Shown here: positions 1 to 12,888 of the stretch, one piece after another | How the letters are laid out: every line of letters starts with the position of its first letter | Numbering within the stretch: the stretch's first letter is position 1 | Assembly (NCBI GenBank): GCA_964106915.2 | Contig: OZ066918.1 | Source of the DNA: Podarcis gaigeae | Lineage: Eukaryota | DNA: 64,000 bases | Direction: 5' to 3' (one strand) | The notes under the pieces: generated by a model | What the model was told of the DNA's origin: nothing | The model's input: the letters and a program-made list of their open reading frames with translations, nothing else | Database searches by the model: none | Program-made: the position numbers and the translations under genes

Positions 1-3000
1 AAAGGAAGCATTTCAGTTTGCTTTTAACATGTCTAACTGCATGGGGGGTTGTGGGCAAGGGAACAAGAACAGAGTATATTAACTTTTCTGCATCTAGATC
101 TTTCTTTTAACATTTTCATTTTTCAGATTTGCATTATGTGGGAATAAGAGTCACAGTGAATGAAAAACTGCCTTCTCCACTGCCTATCATTATTCTGTGC
201 TGCTTGCTTCACTGTAGTTTTTTTAGAAAGGGACACTATAAGTACGTACGCATTCCGTGGGAAGAATAAAGCCCTGAGGCAAAAGCCCGTGGAGAATTAT
301 ATGCAAAAAAACCCACCATGGTATGTTGTGCAGCCAGAATCACTGAATTCGCCTTATTAACCATCAGGTGCATAAATCAAGTTGCAAAAATATGTATTTA
401 AGGTATTTAAAAGAAAGGACGTTGAACAGTTTACAATAATATTGCATTGCTGTTCTTTATTGGATTGTAAATGAATTGAGCTTGTATGCTGTGTGCTTAT
501 TCTAGCTACTGGCCAAATACCTTTTTTTTGCATGTTTTGGGATGTAGAAAGAAATGCTGTCTTGAACATAAGCAGTTAATTTCACTGCCTCATTATTACA
601 CTTCTGATATCCTTTGTTCTTCAGGTGAGTGTTGAAGTCTCTGTCACTTGGGAGAGGGGACAGGAGAAAAGACGGCAATCGCTTGTGAACTTGGGGCTGT
701 TTTATTTTACTTTTGGCACTGGGCACAATAATGTCTCCTGCTTAGGCCCCATTGAAACGAACAAGAGTTGCAGAAAAGCAGAGCTGTGCTTTTGTGCAGT
801 CTCTTATCCGTTTCGAATGGGGTCTGCGACAGGAACACTGGGAGCATTGTGCCAATTGAATTTGTGGGCAATGAAAATAATACGGCTTTTAGCTCTGAAA
901 GACTATGTACTGTTTGAAAATAGTTCTGGACACTGATCTTTTTTAAAAACATGTAATTTGCCTTTATAACATTGTGAAGAACAATGTAACTTGTCTGAAG
1001 TGGAGAGAATGTAATGCAAGTTGGCTTGCTGTTGTCTTCTCTTTATAATTAAATTGAATACTACTGTGTTTTAATATAGGACTGGTTTCTTGTTTTGAGG
1101 TCATGAAGCAATGTGGTACAGCCCTAAAGTGTGTTGTGAATGCATATAGTGTAGTGTGGCCAGCAAAAAAGAAAGCAAATATTGTGTACTTCCAAAGATG
1201 CAAGTTATGGCTGTAGATTGAAGATGATGGCATATTTTCTGTGAGGAATCGTATGCATAGAAATCCAGTTGCATGAGAAATCAGGGAAGCTGCAAAGAAC
1301 AGTCACAACAGGGTTTGTTTGTTTTTAAAAATCAAAGTGGCACCTGATATAGGCGCTGTTTTTCCTGCCTATTTCAAATAAAGAAGAATAATGGATTGAA
1401 GATGGAGTTGGGAAGCCACCCTTATTGGTTAACTATCTACACCTTGCTCCTGCTATAGCTGAACTGATTTCATTCTTCTGTACCTTCACAGGCTGATACC
1501 ATATCTGTCTTTATAGACAAAGGTAAAGAGCTATATCAATGCTGTGAGTTCCTGGTTTTGTTTTCCAGGAATTGCCCCCACATTCCAACAACCTTTCATC
1601 AGCGTAATAGCAATACACTTTCTTTGCTTTTAATTTCACGTTTTGTAATGTTCAGTGTGTCATTTTGGTAGTGGAATAAGAAATGCCCAACCAAATGAAC
1701 TTTCAGTCATACAAGTGCCAATCCGTAGAAGAATTTTCCCAACACCAGATTCTTTAATCGTTTAAAGAACTGCCTTGTGATTCAGTATCTGGGAAAATTG
1801 CCAGCAAGACAGAAGACGGAAGATGAACTACTTTAAGGACATAAGAGACCAGCTGGATCAGACCAATAACATGTTTGCTCCAGAACAAATGATGTTAGTA
1901 AAATAATGGAGGAGGTGGCTTTTCAGCATAGAATCTGCACTGAGAATCTTGGGCAGTAAGCCCAAATTGAAAATTCTACAATAGGGGCAGCGGTCCCTGC
2001 AGCAGAAAACATCCAGGCCATGTTATTGTCTCTGTATGTCTTCCTTGCAGCTAATAGTTTGGGAGCCATGGGGGAGGGGGTTCTTGCACTGATGAATTGA
2101 TGTGGGGCTAATGTATGCACCTAACTTTTTTTTCAGGAAAAAAGAAAAACATTGGGAGAGCCAACTGCAGAACTCCCACATAGCTTGCTGTTTGATCCCT
2201 TTGACAAGGATCCATATTTAGGCTCATGTATGGGATTTGCAATAGCCTGGTGGGATTTGACTTTTGCTTGGCTGACCCCCCACCCCCACCCCTCACCCTC
2301 ATGCTGTGTCATAAACTGCTTTTGAACCTTCCCTTCCTTTGCTGTGCAGCATTTAGCAAGAGGGAAGTTGAGAATAACAAGTGTAAAATATCCCAGGGCA
2401 CCCAAACTGATTCCACAGTTAATCTGGATTTAACCAGTTGTCTACAGTCAGAATATCTGTCCCAGGCCACTTTGTAGGTCCTGTGAAGTTGGCCATATTC
2501 ACAAGCTTATTATTCTGCTTGTGGGGTACTTGGTGTTCCCTTCACTATACCAAAGTAAGGGAAATTTAAAGAATATATTGTATTTTTGGGAATAATATTT
2601 TATTCCACTTAGGGTTTTTTTGGATTTTCTTTTGTTTTCTGTTTTAAAACTGTTATTTCTGTGGTGGAGTGAATTTTATTTACACATTTGCACACCACCC
2701 AGAATAGTTTTAATGAAGGGTGTCTAAGTAATAACTTCACAAAGACTAATTATAGGGTTGAGGACATAGCAGCCTACATAATACATAAGTTTGATCTTGA
2801 CTGTTCAGCAGTTCTCAGAGTCCAGCATTGAATGTGTAGAGCAAACCTGATTATCGTGGGGAGCTTTTTGTGTCAGCTACCAAAGGCCCGCAATCTGCTT
2901 CCATGGAAGTAAAATTGTAATGCTTTACCTTGTATTTGCTGTGCATTTTTTTGGTGTTGCTCATACCTGTCCTTTTGGTTTCACAGCTGGATATGTTGTG

Positions 3001-4288
3001 AATTGTTAATCTCCTATGAGAGAGATTAGGATTCCTAAGTGAATTCAGTTTCCTTTAACAAATGCAACTCCAAGCAAACACTCTTTAAAAAAAGCTTTTC
3101 CTAGGGAAGAACTCTTATCACCCATGCTGTGTTTTATTGTGGGATTAATTACAGCTTTTATGAGAAGGCGTCTTGACCTGTCTCTACTCACTGAGAAATA
3201 GAACAAGACCCTGTTTGTTCAGTGTTAATCAAAAGTAAATTGCATGGTATGCAAGGATCAAACTGTCTCATTTCTGTCACTGTTCATCAGCAAATAAATG
3301 CCCAGTGTTTAAATTCCCCTTTCTTTTTGTCAAATTGTGAAGCATCAACACAGCCTGTCTGGTTTGTTCTGACGTACCTAGTAAGACAATTGAAAGCATA
3401 TATTCACATCTCTTTCTATAAGTGGGAAACAATGACTTCCCAGAGAAGACAGTATAGAGGAGTTGGTCAAAGCTGTAGTATCCTAAATAGGGTCATTCTA
3501 CAGATTTAGTTGGCCAGATTGAATCTGCTCCTTTTATTTTCACTCCACTTTTTAGGGCAAAGTGTTCTGTGAATAAGTCCTCCTGGACCATGAATAACTG
3601 AGGGTGATTTTGCTTAAGTGAACAAGATTCCTATTCTGACTCCTAGACAAAAAAAACAGCTGTTCAGCGTAGCAGTCTAGAAACTAGCAAATTTACTGAA
3701 AGAACGCAACTTGCAGTCATGGTCTAGTTATCAGAGTGCTCTCATAAGGAAGGAACCAATAGAGTTGCTTTCTTTTTCCCAGGGAAGAAACATTTTAAAG
3801 GAAAAGGAAAGTAGCGATTTGATTAGGTTACTATAGGCTGTCCCAAAGTAGAGAGCTGTAGAGGGAAGTGAGAGGTGATACTATGACAAGTTAGAAACAG
3901 GCTACATGTTGGCAGGGGGGAAGGATGGGGGTTGCAGCCGTGGAAGTTGGCAGGAGATACTGTTGTACCATTCCTTTCTTGAGTTTTGTCTGAAACACAA
4001 GGAGGGGCAGCAAAGCTGCTTACCATCAGGTTAAATCAAAAGAAAAGGAGCAGGACACTTTCTACAGCCTTGGAAAGACTTTATGAGGTAGATGCCAAGA
4101 TTGCCCAAACCCAGGAAGTAAGGAATCTTGTTTGGACTAAGCAGCAACAAAAATCCAACCTGAGTCCACCACCAACCAGACCTTGCAAAAATAATAAGCT
4201 GCCGGTACTCCCTGTTGTCCCCTAGCCTGGCTTAGGAGTTCCCCCAGACCTTACTGGATGTCCCTGCAGATAATTCATACTTCTAGAG

Positions 4289-4425
4289 TAGGGATTCCTA
4301 AATTTGGGTTTTCAGCTGTTGTTGGACTACAACTCCCATCATCTCTAGCTAGCAGGACCCAATGGTCAGGGGTGGTGGGAATTGTTGTCCCAAAACACCT
4401 GGAGTCCCAAGTTTAGGAAACCCTG
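4289..4425. mobile_element. hAT-type MITE
   Basis: Long TIRs (tagggattcctaaatttggg / cccaagtttaggaaaccctg); 8-bp TSD ttctagag. Confidence 0.85.
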
Positions 4426-5784
4426 TTCTAGAGAATGACCTAAGAACTGCATCAGAATTTCCCAACCAATAGAAGCTCAGCTAACACTTAACTTTCCAGG
4501 ACTTCAGTAAGTGCATTCTCACAGACCCACAATTGCTGTTAATCAAGCAGGCAGCCAAATTGACCTTGAGCTCACAGCCATCACTAAAGAACACAGGTGC
4601 ACTCAATCCATGATCTCATCCTTATTAGTAAGAGCTTCCTTTCTCACCAGAACTCACTTATCTGGTTACTCAGAAACAAAAGTTTGATGAAGGCCTAAGC
4701 AGAAGAAAGGCTTTTCTGACAGCAGAGACCACTAGATGTGGAAGTACAGAAAAAGAGCACTCAAAGCCAGGTTTCCAGAGGCAATCAGACTACGCTTATC
4801 CCAGAAATGCCTCTTCTTGAATCACCATTGCCTGAAACAGGTAGGCAACCTTTTCTCTGGTGAGGGCTGCATCCTATTGAGGGTAATCTGGTGGGGGAAC
4901 ACCCCTTCTCCCTGCCTTTCGCCCTCTTTGCCACCCACAAAATTAGGACATGGGTCACAGGGTACCTATCCTGACCCAAAGGGTCAGGGATTCAGAGGTA
5001 TAAGACAAGTACCATCACAGGAGCCGACCAGACCAAGGCCCTGTTTGCATGGCCATTCCCCAGAATGAACACTTGAAAAATTAACTGGTGTATAAGGCTG
5101 CAGTCCTGGGACCACCTACCTGAGAGTAAGCCCAACTGAATTCAATAGGACTGACTTCTGAGTAGATACAGCTCAGATTATGCTCCATGGGACCAAGCAG
5201 AAATGCTTTTGCAAAAGTTACTTTAAGTATTCATATTATTGTATATGTAGGCAGGCGAGCGACTACTTTTTTGTGGGCTAGTCTCTTTTGTAGATTAACT
5301 AATTAGTGATTTATTGGCATACTATATTTCTGCCCTGCAGGTGTGTTCACTGAAGAACTCTGATTCTGCGTTTGATGGAGTCACATGCAAGGTTTGTGGC
5401 TAGTTTTCTTAGCTTGCTATGTGGTAGATCATTGCTCTGTCAGTTTTGCTCATGTGCTATACTGCCTCTGGCTGAATGCCTCAGTGTATAATACTAATAT
5501 GTTAAAGTTTTACAGATAAATTGCATCTGTCTCACGTGTACTGTGCATGGTGACTCACCCCTAGGCAATACAACTAATAGCTAAATAGTATAACCAAGTA
5601 TTGCTGGGTCCTGAAGTAGTGCGGCATGATAGACTGGACTAATTGCAAGGTGCCTTCTAGCCCCTGAATTCTATATGTCTATGGCTCAGGTTTTTAATCT
5701 TCCTCCTGTGATAGGCGTAGCTTAAAATATTAAGACTCATTGACATACAACTTCTATATACCTTTATCAGTTTACTTTTTGTGT

Positions 5785-5797
5785 CCACCTGGTGGCA
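5785..5797. promoter_or_regulatory. CTCF-like motif CCACCTGGTGGCA
   Basis: Near-palindromic match to the CTCF core; motif only. Confidence 0.3.
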
Positions 5798-6215
5798 TGT
5801 GAGATCTTCAGCTTTTTATGTAGGATTTTGACCTACTGGATGCTTAAAACTTGTCTTGTGAAATTAAAATCCATTTTCTGGAGATGTAGATTCAGTCCAG
5901 TTTGTTCCCGCTACAATCAATGACGGGAGTTTTTGAGTACCATTTTACGAATGTAACAAGAAACTCTTTCACACATAATGTAACCTGGATTTGTCACCAA
6001 TTGTACGCTGAATAGGAAGCCACTCATAGCTAATCCAGACTCTTGAATGAATACACCAGTAGGACACAGGTGTTCTCAAATACCTGTTCATTGCATTTGC
6101 ACTATATTTTAGTTGCACACTTAAAAGCCAACAACGAAGGTTAAACACATTCTGTATGAAGAGGTTCTGTCACTAAGCCAAAGTCTCTGGCACACTTTTG
6201 TGTCCTGACCCTATG

Positions 6216-6560
6216 TAAAGGTAAAGGGACCCCGACCATTAGGTCCAGTCGTGACCGACTTTGGGGTTGTGGTGCTCATCTCACTTTATTGGCCGAGGGA
6301 GCCGATGTACAGCTTCGGGGTCATGTGGCCAGCATGATTAAGCCGCTTCTGGCAAACCAGAGCAGCGCACGGAAACACCGTTTACCTTCCCGTCGTACCT
6401 ATTTATCTACTTGCACTTTGATGTGCTTTCGAACTGCTAGGTTGACAGGAGCAGGGACTGAGCAATGGGAGCTCACCCTGCCGCGGGGATTCAAACTGCC
6501 GACCTTCTGATCAGCAAGTCCTAGGCTCTGTGGTTTAACCCACAGCGCCACCCACATCCC
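6216..6560 (-). mobile_element. Sauria SINE, full length
   Basis: tRNA-like head, (ACCTTT) tail, TSD cctga(c/g)cctatg at 6204-6215 and 6561-6572. Confidence 0.9.
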
Positions 6561-9500
6561 CCTGAGCCTATGACAAGCAGTCAATTATTGGAAATGACTG
6601 AATCCTTTCCCCAGTGACTGTTGGCTTCCCAAAATTCTAGTAGGGGCAAAGAAAGATGGCACATGTGCTCTGACTTATTGTTGCACAATCTGCCTTGTAT
6701 ATAAAAGACACCCTTCCCTTTGTGCTGTATACAAACTATTCTCCCTCTTGTAAGGGAGAGGTTTCCATTGTCATCGACTTGTCCTATAGCAGAACTCACC
6801 TGGCACTCAGCCACCTCCTGCTTCTTAGCTCCTGCTTGCAGGGGGTTGACTAGCCTAGATGATCCTCATGGTCCTTTCCAACTGTATGATTCTATGACTC
6901 TTGACTATGGAATCCTGGGGGGTCGAATAGAAACAGTGTTGCTAGGCAATCAACTGCCGAAGACACAAGAGGGCAGGTGCCTTTCAACAGCAATCTTCTC
7001 CTCACAAAGTAAAGGGATACTTGTAGTTTCCTTTGTGAAGAGCCTAGGTAAGTCCACTAACCTTCCTGGGTGGGCGATGCTGTGGCCAGGCCCCGAATTG
7101 TGCAAGTGATCTGACCAATGGCAGACCAAATCACACGGCTATTGGCCAATGCCAGCAGCCCTTGTTTGGGTGTTCCCCTGGGAGCAGGCCCAACCAGCCA
7201 ATGGGGACACTCCCAGGGACTGTTAAATTGCAACCTGCCCGGCAGTCGTTCCTGCCTTTTTGTTGGAATATCTTCCTGCATTGGACCACATCGTAGGGCA
7301 AATGAGGTCCCTAAATTTAAAAATGTCCATTTGGGGACTCTGTTGCCTTTAATTTGTGTTGCTGGTGGCAACAGGAGTTGCCCATTTGTGTGTAAGCAAC
7401 AACATTTTGTGGCCCATTATAAATGCTCCTTCACACTTCACTTGGGCTCTTCTCTGTCAGAAATCCTGGCCTCCACAGCCTTGCATTACCATCTTCTGGT
7501 GCTCTTTTATTTTGGTAGGTTTTATACTGGTGATTTTTAGAGTCTATTTTCTATTTATACCATCCCCTGCTTATTTCAACAATAATCAGTTTAGAAATAA
7601 GCCTAAATAAATAAATAAATAAATAGAGGGGGCCCAACTTGTAAGGTAATTCAAAATCTTTAATTTTGTTGGCCTGCAGCCATAGATTTCTATGTTGAGT
7701 TATAACCAACTTTGTTTGACTGTGTTGGAAGGAAAGTTTGCTTTCCTAATGCTTCTGGGGACCTATTTTTTATACCTAGTGTACAGTTACTATATAGCGG
7801 ATTTGGATGGTGTAGGGCAGAGCTGGGGGACCTGTGTCACTCCAGATATTGTTGAACTGACAACTATAACCACCAGCCCTAATCAGCATGGCCAGCAGTC
7901 AGGAATTATGGGAGTTGTAGTCCAACAATATCTGGAGGGTCACAGGTCCCCATCGAGGTTGTATCCTGATTTTCATGTGGGGCAGTGGAGGGTATGGAAG
8001 TGGCTATTGGCAAAACATTAGCATTATATCATGACCCCACCACACCAGGACAGAAACTGAAATGTCTCCTTAGCTAGGATGTTTGTCAACATAGCCAGCA
8101 GGCTAAGAGTACTGTTTTGTTAGGTTAGCTTTAAAAAATAATAAATAAAGGAGACACTTAAGTGCTTAAAGGCTGAATGGATGTTAGTAATTGTTACAAC
8201 AATCTTATAATGTTGGCCAGTATTATCTTTGTCAGAGGCTGGGAATGGGTGTGCGCTGAGGGTAAGAGGCTTGTCTCTTTCCCAGACTGATGTTTGAACT
8301 GGAAACTTCAGCTAACACTCTTGTTCACAGTGCTGTGATGCTATCAGTCCTCTTTTGGTTCAACCCTGTGGGTTTCCCCTAGGATCTCTTAATTTGCCTC
8401 ATCCAATCAGCTTGCTGCTTTACACATTGAAAAATGGCCAAGGAACCTCTGAAAGCCTACTTTTCGGGAGCAGAAAAAGTGACAACGATCCATGCTGTCT
8501 GGTTGAAGCAATTCTGATTTTATTAATGCAAGCACATCTAGTCAAACACAGAATATCCTGCTTTATGGTACAGCTTTATATGTAGCAATTCAGCTCAGAA
8601 TAACAAAAACACGGATGGCGAAGGAATGTATCAAACCAAAGGAAAATAATAATAATAATAATAATATAATAATAGAAAGCCATATAGAAATGGCACTTTT
8701 TCAAGTATATATACTAGAACCAATTGACCACTGGAGTGCACATTCATGTAAAAGCTTTTTCTGTCTTCTTAAATATGTATACACAAAGTGTCCCAGAACT
8801 GCATTTCAAATATATATCTCTGAAATTTAAAGCATCCTTTTGTAAATTTCAAATACATTAACAAAGCTGATATACAATCCCTTTCATAGTGTTTGACAAT
8901 GTTGCTAGCTAGGACATCTCCAAAAGTGCAAAAAACCCACTGTAATAATACAGTATAAATATTCTCTTACCTCCAGGGCTGAAGATCAATACTTCAGCAT
9001 TGGGGGGTGGGGGGGGGATAGCAGCAGGTCACAAATAATCAAAGCCACTAATTCTGTCTCTGTCTTTGTGGGGCCATCTTTCTGTTAATACATAATATTC
9101 TGCTTCCTCTTTTGACGTGTATAAATCTGTTCCATTGCTTCTGTTTAGTTAATTTGTTTTTCCTTATTCACTGAACAATTTTTGTGGTGGCAGTGAAATG
9201 CTTTGGCAAATCATATTTGTTTTTTCAATAAAACTGAGTTTTCTTCCTAGAGAAACATGTATTAACTTGAAAACAGGGGTAGGGTGGAATAGTAAGATCT
9301 TTTCACACATTTACCGTATGTTTATAGGTGTTGCAAATATGGTATATTAATTGGCCCACTATGGGTTCTTAGTTTAATTGTTCTCGAGAAAGTAGTAGGT
9401 ACATGATAATATATAATTATCACTTAATTAAAACAAGTATTTTTAATCCAGCGCTTGGTGTTTGTTTTTTGTCTCCTAATTGAAAAATTAATTAGGAAAA

Positions 9501-10944
9501 AGCTGGATAGTAACAAGATTTTTAAGCAACTGAGAAATCTGAAGCCTAATGATTCTTATCAGTGAATTAGCCATCTACTCAAGAACAATTAAAAATAAGT
9601 TAAATTAGGCTAGCTTAATTGGTTCTGGAATATGCTCCTAAACTTGGGTCTGTAGGGATTTGTTCCGAATGGGGTGGTTTTGCTCTTCTGGGCTGGTTCG
9701 CATATGGATGTTCGACACTTGAAAAGTGAAACATCAAATCATGATTTTGCATGTGAGTGAGCACCTCAAACGCAATACTCTTCTATTGGAGTCAATTCAC
9801 ACATTCAGCTGCCGCCTGAGTAATCAAGTGATGTGGCTTGTGTGTGAGGACAGCTTGAAGTCTTTCAAAGGAGCAGGGAAAATAGTGTAGCTCTGAGAAA
9901 TGAAAATATCAAAATAGCATGATAGGAGATTTCTAATGAGTAGGAAGCGTTTCCTCAAAGCAATATAATAAATTAAGAAGGGAGGCATCACAATGCTTAT
10001 AAATTTGAAATTGTGCCTTGCACAGCTGTGATTGCGCCAGAATGTGGTGGTTTGTCTTGACAACCTCTTACAAGTTCCACTGTCACCAATAATTATACAA
10101 CAAGCTCCATCATCCCAGGAGGAGTTAGGTATCAAAATGTGACTTCACGTTACATATATTGGGTTGTCTCCAGCATCGGTCTGAGTAGACCCACTGAAAT
10201 GGATGGAGCCAAATTAGTCATATCCATTGATTTCAGTGGGCCTACTCTGAGCATGACTGTATATATTATAAACAGTTATAACTACAAAAGTTACTTAATC
10301 GGGTAAATTGCTCTTACATGTTATCATAAGGTCAGGGGGCATGAACTAATATCGATAGTCAATTGGCCTACCAATAGAAGCAATGCATGGCAGCAGCAAA
10401 CTGTTCTCAAATTCACTGCAGGATGTTTTAACCCAGGAATAACCAATGTGGTCCTCTAAAAGTTGCTCCCATTATCCCTGATTATTGGTTTTGTCAGCTG
10501 AGGCTGCTGGGAGGTGCAATATATCAACTTCCAGAGGACACCACACTGGCTACCAATGGCTTTAATATTTTACCTGATCTTTGAGCTCACCTTAACGTAG
10601 CAAAGCCTTTTTATAAAGTCCACCTTGAACCTTGTGTTGCAAATATTCTGGTTGACCTCCTTCGACTAATTTAAGGATTTGTTCGTCAGAGGCTAGTTTG
10701 TAAAAGACAACACATCATTGGCAGTTAATCTTTTGCTGAGTCTGTGACAACTGTACTCTCCCTCTCTTAAAATCCCTGATAAACAAACACACAAATGTAA
10801 ACTAAAGACTTATTGGGTCTAGTAAAGGAAGGGGAGGGGAGGAGGAAAGATGAAGGAGGATCTAGCAATTATCCTATTTTACCTTGTCAAACCTTGTAAT
10901 AAAAATAAGTTCTGCTGCACCATTACTGTAGGCATACTCTAGTT

Positions 10945-12863
10945 CATGTGCCATATCTTCCAGTTTATTTACAAAGCTGTAGCTGGTTTTTTTAAATTAT
11001 TATTTAAAGACATCCATATTTTTATTTTGCTTGCTTCCAACCCGAGTTGCAGAAGAAGGTACGCTAAACATTTTCAGTACCTTGTAAGGCACTATTCTCT
11101 GATGTAAGAGGGGAGCAGCTATGCTGCTACAGTGGTTTTTAAGGCCAGACTAAAGGAGACAGTCTTTGTGCTGAACTGCAGAGGCTCCCACACTGTTTCC
11201 TTGCAGTCAAGGGTCTATTTACACCAGGGGTGAACCTTTTTGGCCTTGTCGGCCAGATCTTTCTCCGCCCTGCCCCCACCTCCATCGGCCAACTCTGACA
11301 GGTGGGCGGGACTACCGGCCTGTCTGCCAATCATACCAAACTTTACAAAACTGGCAGAATTAAATGGTGAAGCTGGACCTGATCTGGACCGCTACAGGTG
11401 GGGGTGGATAGGCTTTTGTGTGCTCTCCAGAAAAACAAAAGAATTGGCTTGGATCCTAAGAGAGGTTTACTTATGGAAGTTCATGGAAATAAAGTTTCCC
11501 ACCGTTCCCCCTGCCCTGCGGCAATCTTGGCCTCTTAAAAACAAAAGACACTTCTCTGGATGACTGGGAGCCCTCCTAAATTATTTGGGATGGGTTGCAG
11601 GGAGCTGTTGGGAGAGGATGAGACAGGAAATTTTTAATTCCATGAACTTAAGTAAACTCCAAGTCCAATTTGGGAGGCTGCAGTAGCCCATCCCACATTG
11701 TTCGGGAGGGAGCCCTGATCCTTCAAAGAAGCAGGGGGAGGAGAAGGAACACTTGACTTCCATTAACTCCCTTACATTAGTGTATCTTACGATCCAAGGC
11801 ACTATATGTACAAATCTAGCATATTGGGTAGAAAAATCTTCTCCAAGGTATGTTTCTTTTATTTGAACATTCACACATGCAAGCAACACCACCCCTCTGT
11901 CTATAGCGGTACACTCCAGGCAAAGCTTTACTGCTTGACTCTGTTGACTGTATAAATTGGCCCCAAGAGCACAATTTTCTAGTGCTCCACAAAGTAAATG
12001 AGGCTAGGAAAGCAGCATAAAGACAAAAGAAAGGGAAACCCAGAACATTGAGAAGAAATTCCAGAAGTGTAGCAGTGTAGAATCCATTGCAATAGAAGCA
12101 ACAAAGAAACATGTGGCACGTTGGAAACTCAGATCTGTTGCGGTGTGAGCTTTCATAGACAAAGTCCTACTTCACTAGATGGAAAAGGGGGCACAAGGTG
12201 TGGCTTGGAAGCTGCTTTTTGCCTTCTGTTTTCTGTGATGCAGCAGGAGAAGCAAGCTCTTCAAAAATATCAGATGCCCAAAATTAGGGTTATAGTTCAA
12301 CCAAGGGCTCTGTGCTTATACCGTCCTCAGTCAACCTGCACCTGTTCTGGGAAACGCGCTTGTCCCTCTTTAGGTCTGTGGAAGCCTTGCTGATTTCAAA
12401 CGCATTGGTCCCACATGACAACATTTATTTTCAGGAAGCGTTGGGTGGATCAAGGCATAGCAGAAACCAAACCTGCAAAATGTTGAGCCCGTCTGAGACT
12501 GTGCGCGTGTTAGGTGGAAGAAACCGAACATGAAAATAAAGATCTGGATGTCATCACAATAAGACACCACCATAGATACCACTCCCCACAATCCATTTCA
12601 TCTCTGAGAACAGGGCCCGGCCCTTGATTTTTCTTCTTCTTTTTATAGATAAAAAACAAAATCCTTCATTTTTTTAAGTGCCTTAAGGTTGATGTGAAAT
12701 ATTTAGCACATTTTTTTTCTTCTGTAATTCATAAAAGGCATTGTATCTACAAAACAGACCCCAACCAGTGAGGCCTTCCTGTTTCAAATCACGTCTTCAA
12801 GGATTTAAAAACAATGTTTTTTTTTAGTGTGTGCTTTAGAATCCAGAGCAGAAGTCCAAAATC
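10945..12863 (-). other. RASGEF1A: Probable RASGEF1A 3' UTR up to a proximal poly(A) site
   Basis: Follows the stop codon. Minus-strand AATAAA at 11021-11026 and 10964-10969. The end position is inferred. Confidence 0.5.
10964..10973 (-). promoter_or_regulatory. Poly(A) signal AATAAA overlapping a Pumilio element (TGTAAATAAA)
   Basis: Motif match only. Confidence 0.45.
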
Positions 12864-12888
12864 TCAGGCTCTGTTGAGCAGAGTTGTC
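12864..12888 (-). CDS. RASGEF1A: Last exon coding part, (R)TTLLNRA*
   Basis: ttttag|G ACA ACT CTG CTC AAC AGA GCC TGA. Confidence 0.95.

Noticed and set aside
1-3500. CSGALNACT2 3' region expected from mammalian synteny
   Set aside because: No coding exon is recognisable in the window, so it cannot be supported from the sequence alone.
6289-6510. Family of similar ORFs (MAEGA.VQL...) at 6289, 27022, 51376 and 62118
   Set aside because: Antisense translations of Sauria SINE copies, not a gene family.
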